Below are positions 38,528-48,106 of a DNA stretch of 64,000 bases, in pieces. The notes under the pieces were generated by a model. It was not told the origin of the DNA and did no database searches. It saw only the letters and a program-made list of their open reading frames with translations. The position numbers were made by a program, and so were the translations under genes. Position 1 is the stretch's first letter, and every line of letters begins with the position of its first letter. The stretch is from Bacteroidales bacterium (lineage in GTDB: Bacteria; Bacteroidota; Bacteroidia; Bacteroidales; CAIWKO01), in the NCBI GenBank assembly GCA_035389045.1, contig DAOORA010000001.1, positions 84,017 through 148,016 of the forward strand, written 5' to 3'.

Positions 38528-40168
38528 ATGCCGCAAACCAAATATATCTTCGTTACAGGCGGAGTAACTTCATCATTAGGCAAAGGGATCATTTCTGCAT
38601 CGCTGGCTAAACTATTGCAGGCACGCGGTTTTTCCGTCACCATTCAGAAGTTCGATCCTTACATCAACATCGATCCCGGAACACTTAACCCATATGAACA
38701 CGGCGAGTGTTATGTCACCAATGATGGAGCTGAGACCGACCTCGACCTGGGGCATTATGAACGTTTTCTTAATGTTCCCACATCGCAAGCCAACAACATC
38801 ACTACCGGACGTATTTACCAGGCCGTGATCAACAGGGAACGCCACGGCGACTATCTGGGTCAGACCGTTCAGGTTATTCCGCATATCACTGACGAGATCA
38901 AATACCGTATAAAACTATTAGCCAAAGATCATAACCTGGACTTTCTGATTACAGAGATCGGCGGCACTGTGGGTGACATCGAATCGCTGCCTTATATAGA
39001 AGCTGTCCGCCAGATGAAATGGGAACTCGGAGAGACCAACTGTGTAGTGGTACACCTTACCCTGATACCTTATCTTTCCGCTGCCGGAGAGCTGAAGACG
39101 AAGCCCACCCAGCATTCGGTAAAAAACCTGCTGGAACTTGGCGTCCAGCCCGACATTCTGGTATGCCGGACAGAAAAGCCCCTGAACGACAGCATCAAAC
39201 ATAAAATTGCCCTCTTCTGCAACGTGTCTCCCCGTTCGGTTATCGAATCCATAGATACCGAAACCATATATAATGTCCCGCTGCTGATGCAACAGGAACT
39301 GCTTGATGTGGTCGTACTCGAAAAAACAAATATGCCCGTCACGGGAGAACCTGACCTGGAAGGCTGGAAAAAGTTCCTGTATAACCTGAAAAATCCCAAA
39401 GATGAAATCACTATTGCCCTGGCAGGCAAATATGTGGAACTGAAAGACGCTTACAAATCAATATTGGAATCTTTCATCCATGCCGGCTCCGAACTACAAA
39501 GCAGGGTGCACGTCAAAACCATACAATCTGACGGTATCACCGAAGAAAATGTCGCCGAAAAACTAAGCGGTATTGACGGCCTGCTCGTAGCCCCCGGTTT
39601 CGGGGCACGGGGCATCGAAGGAAAAATTACGGCCATACATTATGTAAGAGAAAATAACATTCCCTTCTTCGGTATTTGTCTCGGCATGCAATGCGCCATT
39701 ATAGAATTTGCCCGTAACGTGCTGGGATACGCTGATGCACATTCTGCGGAGATAAACCCGCAAACCTTACATCCGGTGATAGATCTCATGGAAGATCAGA
39801 AGAAAATCACCGACAAGGGCGGGACTATGAGACTTGGCGCCTATCCGTGCAAACTAAAAAAAGACTCCAGAGTTTATAGCATTTACCGCCATGAGGATAT
39901 CCTGGAAAGACACCGCCATCGTTATGAATTCAACAACGACTATCTGGAAGAATATGAAACGGCAGGCATTATAGCATCCGGAACCAATACCGGATTAAAT
40001 CTTGTGGAAATCATTGAAAATAAAAACCATACCTGGTTTATCGGAGTACAGTTCCATCCCGAATACCAGAGCACCGTGCAAAGCCCTCACCCTCTTTTTG
40101 TGGCTTTTGTCGAAGCTGCTCAAAAATATAAGCTGTCATTAAAGCAAACCGGATATGCAGGTACATGA
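38528..40168 (+). CDS. pyrG: CTP synthase
   Basis: [17 protein letters not shown], and a glutamine amidotransferase domain with GICLGMQ and HRHRYE. Confidence 0.97.
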   Translation: MPQTKYIFVTGGVTSSLGKGIISASLAKLLQARGFSVTIQKFDPYINIDPGTLNPYEHGECYVTNDGAETDLDLGHYERFLNVPTSQANNITTGRIYQAVINRERHGDYLGQTVQVIPHITDEIKYRIKLLAKDHNLDFLITEIGGTVGDIESLPYIEAVRQMKWELGETNCVVVHLTLIPYLSAAGELKTKPTQHSVKNLLELGVQPDILVCRTEKPLNDSIKHKIALFCNVSPRSVIESIDTETIYNVPLLMQQELLDVVVLEKTNMPVTGEPDLEGWKKFLYNLKNPKDEITIALAGKYVELKDAYKSILESFIHAGSELQSRVHVKTIQSDGITEENVAEKLSGIDGLLVAPGFGARGIEGKITAIHYVRENNIPFFGICLGMQCAIIEFARNVLGYADAHSAEINPQTLHPVIDLMEDQKKITDKGGTMRLGAYPCKLKKDSRVYSIYRHEDILERHRHRYEFNNDYLEEYETAGIIASGTNTGLNLVEIIENKNHTWFIGVQFHPEYQSTVQSPHPLFVAFVEAAQKYKLSLKQTGYAGT

Positions 40169-41168
40169 AAATTTCTGCCTGAAAAAGTTCAATACTTTTG
40201 GCATTGATGCATATACCCGATGGTTTGCGGAAATTTCACTTCAAAATGATTACGACGAACTGCTCCGTTTCTATCATGAACAAAAGATTCCCCTACTGCC
40301 TTTAGGAGGAGGCAGTAACCTGCTTTTCACTGAAAACTTCGATGGGATCATAGCTAAAATAAGCACCAGAGGAATAACCATAATTTCAGAAGATGACCGA
40401 AGCACGATAGTTGATGCGGCAGCTGGTGAGCCCTGGGAGCATCTTATAGCGTTCTGTATCACTAATGAGTTGTACGGCCTGGAAAACCTTTCGGGCATAC
40501 CCGGCCAGGTGGGCAGCAGTCCGATACAAAACATCGGCGCCTATGGCGTCGAAGTAAAAAACTGTATATCTGAGGTTTATGCAATAAACATTGACGACGG
40601 AAGCCGGTCAAAATTTTCTGACCGGGAATGTCAGTTTGGTTACCGCGACAGCATTTTTAAACGGGAAATGAAAGGCAGGGTTATCATCACTGATGTAGTT
40701 TTCAGGCTTTCAAAGATACGACATTTCAACCTCGGTTATGGCGGTGTTGCCGAAGAAGTGCAGCAGATCAGCCAGGTGCCCGATCTTGCATCGGTGAGCA
40801 AAGCTATCTGTAACATCAGGGATAAAAAAATACCCAACCCAAAAGAAACCGGTTCGGCAGGAAGTTTTTTTAAAAATCCGCTGATTGATAATGATTTATT
40901 TTTCAACCTGAAAGAACAATATCCCGATATTCCGCACTTTACTGCTGCAGACGACAGGCATAAACTAGCAGCTGCCTGGCTTATCGACCGTTGCGGATGG
41001 AAGGGATACCGTAAGGGCGATGCCGGTGTTAATAAACTTCAGCCATTGATACTCGTGAATTACGGTACTGCCAGCGGTTCCGAAATCGTTGACCTTGCCC
41101 GGCAGATACAGAACAGCGTTTTTGAAAAATTCGGAGTATATCTTGAACCCGAAGTAAATATTCTTTAG
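40155..41168 (+). CDS. murB: UDP-N-acetylenolpyruvoylglucosamine reductase
   Basis: [44 protein letters not shown]. It overlaps the pyrG stop by 14 nt. Confidence 0.92.
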   Translation: MQVHENFCLKKFNTFGIDAYTRWFAEISLQNDYDELLRFYHEQKIPLLPLGGGSNLLFTENFDGIIAKISTRGITIISEDDRSTIVDAAAGEPWEHLIAFCITNELYGLENLSGIPGQVGSSPIQNIGAYGVEVKNCISEVYAINIDDGSRSKFSDRECQFGYRDSIFKREMKGRVIITDVVFRLSKIRHFNLGYGGVAEEVQQISQVPDLASVSKAICNIRDKKIPNPKETGSAGSFFKNPLIDNDLFFNLKEQYPDIPHFTAADDRHKLAAAWLIDRCGWKGYRKGDAGVNKLQPLILVNYGTASGSEIVDLARQIQNSVFEKFGVYLEPEVNIL

Positions 41169-41199
41169 AATTACTGAAAACAATAAAGGTATTTTTTTA

Positions 41200-41207
41200 T
41201 ATTTTTG
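41200..41207 (+). promoter_or_regulatory. Bacteroidota -7 promoter box TATTTTTG
   Basis: Matches TAnnTTTG, 14 nt upstream of GTG 41221. Confidence 0.4.
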
Positions 41208-41220
41208 CAAAAAATTCCCC

Positions 41221-43356
41221 GTGGATTTCTTAGCGAAATTTCAATTGCCGATCACTGACTCCGTACTTGTTTTCCTAATAATCTTTATTATTATTTTTCT
41301 TGCCCCGCCCCTGTTAAAAAAACTGCGCATACCGGGTATCGTGGGTTTTATTCTTGCAGGAGTTTGCATTGGCCCGAACGGATTTAATATAATAACTCTT
41401 GCCAATGGCGTTAACATGTTTTCTGAGTTCGGTTTGCTCTACATCATGTTTCTTGTGGGCATTGAGATTGATCTGGTAGATTTAAAAAAAAATCGCTCCC
41501 GAAGTATTGTTTTCGGTGGCTTGACGTTCATAATACCTTTTATACTTGGCTTTTTTGTTTCAATTTATGTATTAAAGCTCGGGGTTTTCGCTTCTTTTCT
41601 GATTTCAGCTATGCTTTCGTCTCATACGCTGGTATCTTACCCCATAGCCAGTAAACTCGGAATCACCAAAAACCGTGTGGTTAATACTTTAATCGGAGGA
41701 ACTATCATTGCCAACATGATAGCCTTGCTGATCCTTGCTGTTATTGAAAGAATATATGTCGGGAATATCAATTTTACGTTCTGGCTGATCTTGTTTACGA
41801 TAATCTCGGTATTTATGCTGATCATGCTTTGGGTACTGCCATCAATCAGCCGCTGGTTCTTTAAAAGAATTGAAGGGGACGGCAGCTCTCAATTTCTTTA
41901 TGTTTTATGTGTTTTGTTTGCTTCGGCATTTCTTGCAAAAGTTGCAGGCATAGAACCACTGATCGGAGCCTTTATGGCAGGGCTGGCGCTGAATTCGCTC
42001 ATTCCTTCTTCTTCGGTTCTGATGAACAGAACTGTATTCATCGGCAATACGATCTTCATTCCCTTCTTCCTTATTAGTGTCGGGATGATCGTTGATCTGA
42101 AAGTATTGCTGAATGGCACTGACACGCTTATAGTTGCAGCGATTCTGGTTGCCATAGCCGAAATCAGCAAATACCTCGCAGCTTTTGCCACTCAAAAACT
42201 TTATGGATTTTCAGCAATTGAGCGCAATTTTCTTTTCGGGTTGAGCAGCTCACATGCGGCCGCTACAATTGCCATCATACTTGTCGGGTACAACCTCAAC
42301 ATACTGAATATTGATGTGCTCAACAGTACCGTCGTAGTCATATTTGCCAGTTGCCTGATAAGCTCCTTTGTAACAGAAAATGCCGGAAAAAAACTGGCCC
42401 GTATCGAAATAAACAAACCCACAGAAGAAGACAGCATTCAGCAAAGGATACTGGTTTCCGTATCAAACCCTGAGACCATGCAGATGCTGATCAATTTTGC
42501 TTTACTGATTAAAGACAGCCATGCCAAAGATCCGCTATATGTGCTGAATGTATATACCGGCAATCCGGATACCGATGAAGCACGATATGAGATCATGGTA
42601 AAAAACAGGCAAATCGGAAAAATATTAAGTCATGCTGTTCCCGACGACAGAACGGCACGCATGGTTTCGAGGATTGATGTTAATGTGGCTAATGGCATCA
42701 ACCGGGCCATCAAAGAACTGATGATCACCAAAGTAATACTGGGATGGAATGGACAAAACACCTCCATACTTAATCTTTTCGGAGGTATTGTTGATAATAT
42801 CCTTCCGAAAAACAACCAGATGATGTTTGTGGTGAAAGTGCTTCATCCTCTCGGTTATTTCAGAAGAATCATCCTCATCGTTCCACCCAATGCCGAATTT
42901 GAACCCGGATATAAAAAATGGGTTTATCAGGTTTCTGCCATCGCCAAAGAACTTACTGCCAAAGTACTTATTTTTGCCAATGCCGAAAGCACAGCACATT
43001 TGATTAAAAACTTCGATGTATCCAAAGCCACTTCGGTTCACTATGTTAAATTTGATGATTATGACAACCTCACAGCTTTGCAGGATCACCTGAGCCATAC
43101 CGACCTTCTGTTCTGGATCAGCGCCCGAGAAAAGACCATCTCGCACAACGGTTTTCTCGCCACACTGCCCAGACACCTGTCGAAAAACTTTATGAGAAAT
43201 AGTTTTGTGATCATTTATCCCGAACAACACTCCGTTCAATACCAAAATGTAAATCTGAGTATCGACGGCCTTCACACTTCCCCCATCAAAGAAAATATCG
43301 AACGTCTCTCAAAAATCAATAAGATCATCAGACAAGTCATAAAAAGAAAATTCTGA
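41221..43356 (+). CDS. Cation:proton antiporter (CPA family) with a ~300-aa soluble C-terminal domain of unknown function
   Basis: The N-terminal ~400 aa are a polytopic Na+/H+-exchanger-like region (LRIPGIVGFILAGVCIGP). The C-terminal half is soluble with a USP-like alternating pattern. Confidence 0.78.
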   Translation: MDFLAKFQLPITDSVLVFLIIFIIIFLAPPLLKKLRIPGIVGFILAGVCIGPNGFNIITLANGVNMFSEFGLLYIMFLVGIEIDLVDLKKNRSRSIVFGGLTFIIPFILGFFVSIYVLKLGVFASFLISAMLSSHTLVSYPIASKLGITKNRVVNTLIGGTIIANMIALLILAVIERIYVGNINFTFWLILFTIISVFMLIMLWVLPSISRWFFKRIEGDGSSQFLYVLCVLFASAFLAKVAGIEPLIGAFMAGLALNSLIPSSSVLMNRTVFIGNTIFIPFFLISVGMIVDLKVLLNGTDTLIVAAILVAIAEISKYLAAFATQKLYGFSAIERNFLFGLSSSHAAATIAIILVGYNLNILNIDVLNSTVVVIFASCLISSFVTENAGKKLARIEINKPTEEDSIQQRILVSVSNPETMQMLINFALLIKDSHAKDPLYVLNVYTGNPDTDEARYEIMVKNRQIGKILSHAVPDDRTARMVSRIDVNVANGINRAIKELMITKVILGWNGQNTSILNLFGGIVDNILPKNNQMMFVVKVLHPLGYFRRIILIVPPNAEFEPGYKKWVYQVSAIAKELTAKVLIFANAESTAHLIKNFDVSKATSVHYVKFDDYDNLTALQDHLSHTDLLFWISAREKTISHNGFLATLPRHLSKNFMRNSFVIIYPEQHSVQYQNVNLSIDGLHTSPIKENIERLSKINKIIRQVIKRKF

Positions 43357-43359
43357 CCC

Positions 43360-44160
43360 ATGGCACTATTCCCGAATTTCAAGATAGGCTATAAGTCATA
43401 TGCTGATGCACACCAATTGATTGTAAAACACCGGCTGTGGGGTTATGTTTTTTTACCTGCCATTATCAACATCATCATCCTTTTAGCAATAGTTTTCTTT
43501 GGCTGGCATTACATCAGCCTTTTTACGGACTGGTTGCTTGATATTACCGGATTATCATCGCCGCCGCAAGGTTTTTTCAGGCACATCATTATATTCCTGA
43601 AATGGGCATTCAGGATCACCCTATATGTTTTGCTGTTCCTGCTATACTCGTCTGTTTACCGGTACCTTGTCCTTGCCATCCTCTCACCGGCACTTACCCT
43701 GTTATCAGAAAAAACTGATAAGATCCTTACCGGTCACAATTATCCTTTTCATTTCGGACAGTTCGTGAAAGATGTATTCAGAGGCATCAGGATTGTAATC
43801 AGAAACTTTATGATCGAAACGGCCTTTATGATCCTGTTCTTTTTTCTGAGCTACATCCCTGTGGTCGGATGGTTTTTACCGGTGGTCATGTTGTTCATTA
43901 CATGGTATTTTTACGGATTCTCCATGATTGATTATTCAAATGAACGTTTTAAACTTAAACTACGTGAAAGTGTAAGGTTTGTCCGTAAAAACCGGGGAAT
44001 GGCCATCTCAAACGGCATGGTATTTTATCTGTTCTTTTTCTTTGTACCGGTGGTCGGGTTTATCTTTGCCCCCGCCTACTCGGTCATTGCTGCTACTATT
44101 GCAGTAAGCAAAGTAAGAAACAAGAGTGTGCAAACAACGTTATTATCAAATCAATTATAA
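43360..44160 (+). CDS. EI24/CysZ-like membrane protein
   Basis: 266 aa with 5-6 TM helices and overall CysZ/EI24-like topology. It starts 4 nt after the antiporter gene. Confidence 0.5.
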   Translation: MALFPNFKIGYKSYADAHQLIVKHRLWGYVFLPAIINIIILLAIVFFGWHYISLFTDWLLDITGLSSPPQGFFRHIIIFLKWAFRITLYVLLFLLYSSVYRYLVLAILSPALTLLSEKTDKILTGHNYPFHFGQFVKDVFRGIRIVIRNFMIETAFMILFFFLSYIPVVGWFLPVVMLFITWYFYGFSMIDYSNERFKLKLRESVRFVRKNRGMAISNGMVFYLFFFFVPVVGFIFAPAYSVIAATIAVSKVRNKSVQTTLLSNQL

Positions 44161-44217
44161 ACAATTTGCATATAGTATACCTGCCTGTCAAAGATCATTT
44201 CTTAGGGGAGGAATAGC

Positions 44218-45498
44218 TCACCGGACCAATTTCAGGATTTTATCCTTTATATCCTCGTTTTTCATGATACCCGAAAAAGTTCTGCTGCCTTTACCTATGG
44301 CCCAAATACCCACCGGAGCAGAAGTATGTTCATATGTAGCCCATCCTATCCGTGCTTCATCCTGGATTTTCCCGAGTGATTCTTTGCCGGTATAGATATA
44401 AGATTTCTCCTGCTGCAAGAGTTTTTTCAGGTACAATCCATAACCGTCTTTTTTCACGGAAGTACCCGCATCAAGATAAGAACCTTGTGTCATACCCCCG
44501 GTTTCATGATCTGCCGTTACAATGATCAGGGTTTGCCCGGGATGTTTCAGGTAAAAATCATAAGCTTTTATTATCGCAGCATTAAAGGCATTGATTTCAT
44601 AAATTGCCGTAAGGGCGTCATTATCGTGACAGGCCCAGTCGATCTTTCCGCCTTCAATCATGATAAAAAATCCTTTACGGTTCATCAATACCAGCTGGGC
44701 CAACTCCGTGTAATCAGCCAGTTTCATGGCATACTGAGGTTCGTCGAGGGCACAGGGAAGCGAATTCTTTTCGTCACTGTAAACATTTGTTAGCTGTAAC
44801 TGCCTGTTACGGATTGCTGTATCAATGACCAACACACGGCTATCTGTGAGGCATGCAAACGATTTCAATGGGGACCCCTCAAATACCACACTGAAGTTAT
44901 TTTCCCGAAATCTACTGATGATGGCATCAAAATCCTTAAAAATCTTTTTAGATGTATCTGAATTTCCCAACTGGAATCCGCCTCCGGCAAAAAAATCAAA
45001 CCCGCTCTCTATAAGGTCGCTGGTCATATTATCATAATTTTTCCGGCTGGATTCATGACTGTAAAAACATGCCGGAGTAGCATGGTTCAGGGGAACATTG
45101 GTAATAATCCCGACTTTGAAATTCTTTTTATTATGTAAATACTCAGCAACACTTTCCAGGTCTTTTCCCTGGTATTCGCCAATGTTTCCGTATGAAGTCC
45201 GTTTTCCACAAGCAATGGCAGTGCCGCCGGCGCCTGAATCGGTGATCTTGTTACTGTCGGCACATTCCGTCATTGAAAGCCCGAAAGTCCACTTGTTTTC
45301 TAAAAAAATAAGCGGTGGAGCCAAAGTGAGTTCATTAAATTTCTGTGCGGTAAAAACCTGATTTATCCCCATGCCATCACCAATGAATAAAAAAACATAC
45401 CTGATTTTACCGGAATTCTGTGCCTGAATTTGATAATTAACCAGTATGGCAGCACATAACATGAAATAAGAAAAAAAACATTTCTTCATTGAATACAA
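44218..45498 (-). CDS. Alkaline phosphatase (PhoA family), secreted
   Basis: FIGDGMG, ITDSGAGGTA (active-site Ser region), VTADHETGG and EHTSAPV motifs, plus a signal peptide. Confidence 0.88.
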   Translation of the reverse strand: MYSMKKCFFSYFMLCAAILVNYQIQAQNSGKIRYVFLFIGDGMGINQVFTAQKFNELTLAPPLIFLENKWTFGLSMTECADSNKITDSGAGGTAIACGKRTSYGNIGEYQGKDLESVAEYLHNKKNFKVGIITNVPLNHATPACFYSHESSRKNYDNMTSDLIESGFDFFAGGGFQLGNSDTSKKIFKDFDAIISRFRENNFSVVFEGSPLKSFACLTDSRVLVIDTAIRNRQLQLTNVYSDEKNSLPCALDEPQYAMKLADYTELAQLVLMNRKGFFIMIEGGKIDWACHDNDALTAIYEINAFNAAIIKAYDFYLKHPGQTLIIVTADHETGGMTQGSYLDAGTSVKKDGYGLYLKKLLQQEKSYIYTGKESLGKIQDEARIGWATYEHTSAPVGIWAIGKGSRTFSGIMKNEDIKDKILKLVR

Positions 45499-45680
45499 CT
45501 TTGCGCATATTAATAATCAAAAGTATGTTTTTTTTGAACAACTCATGTAAATAATAATGCCCGATTGGCTATCCGCCACAAGCGTTAATACATCGCTTCA
45601 GATATGTTCTTGCCTTTAACCGATACAAATCTGCAAGCGGGTTGAATGAATAAAATCTTGAATTATTCACTCATTTTTAG

Positions 45681-45688
45681 TATATTTG
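45681..45688 (+). promoter_or_regulatory. Candidate -7 promoter box TATATTTG, about 160 nt upstream of 45849
   Basis: Matches TAnnTTTG and is the only such box I found in the 350-bp gap. Confidence 0.3.
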
Positions 45689-45848
45689 TATATAGAAAGA
45701 GGAATTTGAATGTTCATATAAAAAATAAATATGTTCCGATTATTACATATTGAAACAGGCCACATAACTGTAGTTTTTTCAATCACAAACTACTCAAGGG
45801 CATTTTATGGTCTTCACCGAATAAATAAAAAAAACAAGGAGGTATAAA

Positions 45849-46484
45849 ATGGCACAAAAATCAGATTTGATCATTACCATAAGCCGCGAAACAGGCAGCG
45901 GTGGTGAGAACATCGGGCAGCAAATAGCCCGGGCGTTTGACATGTATTATGTTGATCATGAAATCATTGCGATGGCAGCTGAAAAACTTTCGGCCGTAAT
46001 AGACGAGGTGGCATCGCAGGATGAAAAAATTGAATCATTCTGGAAAACTTTCTGGGAATACAGTGGTACCGCACCTGATGCCTACATTCCCTACCCGAAA
46101 AAATTCCCACCTACCTCATTCGATGTTTTTAATGCTGAGGCAGAGATCATCAAACATATTGCCCGGGAACGCCCTTCGGTCATCATTGGAAGGTGTGGTT
46201 TTCATGTCCTGCGCGATCATCCCGGTATCGTAAAAATTTTTATCCATGCGGATGCTAAGTTCCGAAGTGAGCGGATCCAAAAACTTTTCAGCATTTCTGA
46301 AGCAGAAGCTTTAAAACTGATCAACCGCAGTGATAAAGAAAGAACCCAATACATAAAAACATTTACCGGAAAAAGATGGACGGATGCCACTCAATACGAT
46401 ATTTGTATCGATACCGGCAAAATGGGAATTGATCTGTCTGCAGGATTACTAATTGACTTTGTAAAAAAATACAGGTCTTTATAA
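45849..46484 (+). CDS. Cytidylate kinase-like family P-loop protein
   Basis: ITISRETGSGGENIGQQIA (glycine-rich loop typical of the cytidylate-kinase-like family). It is preceded by an AAGGAGG Shine-Dalgarno site 6 nt upstream. Confidence 0.72.
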   Translation: MAQKSDLIITISRETGSGGENIGQQIARAFDMYYVDHEIIAMAAEKLSAVIDEVASQDEKIESFWKTFWEYSGTAPDAYIPYPKKFPPTSFDVFNAEAEIIKHIARERPSVIIGRCGFHVLRDHPGIVKIFIHADAKFRSERIQKLFSISEAEALKLINRSDKERTQYIKTFTGKRWTDATQYDICIDTGKMGIDLSAGLLIDFVKKYRSL

Positions 46485-46694
46485 ATTTAAGTCAGCTAAG
46501 GCTTATCCGTTTATCTGACACTGGGCAGCGACAAACATATAATGATATCTTATTTAGATTTACGTAACAGGATAATGTCGTATCTAAATTGCCTCCGGTC
46601 GGATACTGGAGCGGCAGAAAGGTACCCATGAAAATACTCTATGTAAATTATGCCGGCAGGGACATTTTCAAAGGTTTTTCAAAAAATAAAAACA

Positions 46695-47408
46695 ATGACA
46701 ATATTATATTCAACATTAGCCAGCTTATACGAAGAAATGTACCGGCACATTTTCGATTATGAAAAAGAATACTGTTTTTATGATTCCATTTTACAAAGTT
46801 TCCATTGTAAAAAAATACTTGAAGTGGCTTGTGGCACCGGAATGCTTGCCGTTAGATTCTTAGACAATGGTTATGATTACCTGGGTGTCGATATATCCCA
46901 CCAAATGTTAGACATTGCGAGAGCTAAAATTAAGACAGATGTTTTTGTACAGTGTGATATGCGCAAACTTCCGTTTTACGACCGGTTTGATGCTGTTCTG
47001 CTTACAGGCAGGTCTGTATCATATATAACCGAAAATCAGGGAATTATTGATACTCTGGCCGGTATACATCATTCATTGAAAAATAACGGAATATTTGTTT
47101 TTGGCATTTTTGAAGCAAATGCGATCTTTGATACTATGAATGATTCAGAACAAATTTTTGAATTAAACAATAAAAAGATCAAAAGGATCAATACACTGAA
47201 AATGAATCTGAAAACCGGCTGGACCTATGACTGGCATGCAAAATATTTCATTGAGCATGATGGCATGGTTTCAGAATTTGCCGACGATTCGACGTTAAGG
47301 GCCTTCACCAGGGATGAAATATTGCTTTTTCTCAAATTGGCCGGATTTAAGGTAAAGGACATCATCGAAGAGGACAAAGTGATGACTTTAATTACTGAAA
47401 AGAAATAA
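46695..47408 (+). CDS. Class I SAM-dependent methyltransferase
   Basis: ILEVACGTGMLA (motif I) and FDAVLLTGRS. The longest ORF starts at 46650; ATG 46695 (MTILYSTLASLYEEMY) is the more likely start. Confidence 0.8.
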   Translation: MTILYSTLASLYEEMYRHIFDYEKEYCFYDSILQSFHCKKILEVACGTGMLAVRFLDNGYDYLGVDISHQMLDIARAKIKTDVFVQCDMRKLPFYDRFDAVLLTGRSVSYITENQGIIDTLAGIHHSLKNNGIFVFGIFEANAIFDTMNDSEQIFELNNKKIKRINTLKMNLKTGWTYDWHAKYFIEHDGMVSEFADDSTLRAFTRDEILLFLKLAGFKVKDIIEEDKVMTLITEKK

Positions 47409-47431
47409 TATTCTTCTTAAAATACGTAATA

Positions 47432-48018
47432 ACCTGAGTTCGGGATAAATAAATCATTTGAATTAGGCACTTAAGCAATAAGATTTTTATAGGCTTGTGG
47501 TGAAATGCTGAATAGTTTTGTTTTCAGGGCTTTTACAATATTTTTTCATTCCGTAGGAATGTAATGTTGGTGAAAAAATAATTCATTTAAAGTTCCGCTC
47601 CTAAGGAGCGGGATGTTAATGCCATGTGTTAATTTTACCAATGTTAAGCTCCTCCGGAGCTAACGAACACGTTTGGAAAATTTTGCTGAAACTCTAATAT
47701 CGTAAAGCCCTTAAACTTTTGCCCCACATATTTTGTATACTTTCCACAATATGACTCCTTTTTCGGTTATTATCTAAGCGCCTAATTCAATAAATCATTT
47801 TTGTTTTGTCAAAACACAGATTCTTAAATTGATAGTATTTGCCGTAGGCAATTAATTTCAATAGAAAATCAAAAATGTGCAGAATATTTTGTCCGTAGAA
47901 CATAAACCATATTAAATGTTAATCTCCTGACGGAGAATAAATGTCTCTGTTATTTGTTTTCTTCTGATATTTAAATCCTAACGGATTAAGATAATATGTT
48001 CTTAACCCGAACTCAGGT
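47432..48018. mobile_element. MITE-like element A, copy 2 (about 246-bp core plus nested element B)
   Basis: Same 13-bp terminal inverted repeats as copy 1 (47432-47444 and 48006-48018). 5-bp direct repeat TAATA at 47427-47431 and 48019-48023. Collinear with 25499-25862 apart from the nested inserts. Confidence 0.8.
47460..47788. mobile_element. Nested MITE-like element B (329 bp) inside element A copy 2
   Basis: Ends GAATTAGGCACTTAAG and CTAAGCGCCTAATTC are inverted. Flanked by a perfect 12-bp direct repeat AATAAATCATTT (47448-47459 and 47789-47800) that is single-copy at the equivalent site of copy 1. Confidence 0.7.
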
Positions 48019-48081
48019 TAATAATTTCAGTCAACTTCTCAATAATTGCCGCCCTCACCACTTAGAAGTGAATTAATTAAT

Positions 48082-48089
48082 TATTTTTG
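48082..48089 (+). promoter_or_regulatory. Bacteroidota -7 promoter box TATTTTTG
   Basis: Matches TAnnTTTG, 18 nt upstream of ATG 48107. Confidence 0.45.
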
Positions 48090-48106
48090 TCTGATTTAAA
48101 AAAATA

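Noticed and set aside
42625-43275. 216-aa minus-strand ORF
   Set aside because: It is antisense to the C-terminal domain of the antiporter gene and has no independent support.
44126-44395. 89-aa plus-strand ORF bridging the EI24-like gene end and the phoA end
   Set aside because: It overlaps the 3' ends of two supported genes and is antisense to the alkaline phosphatase C-terminus.
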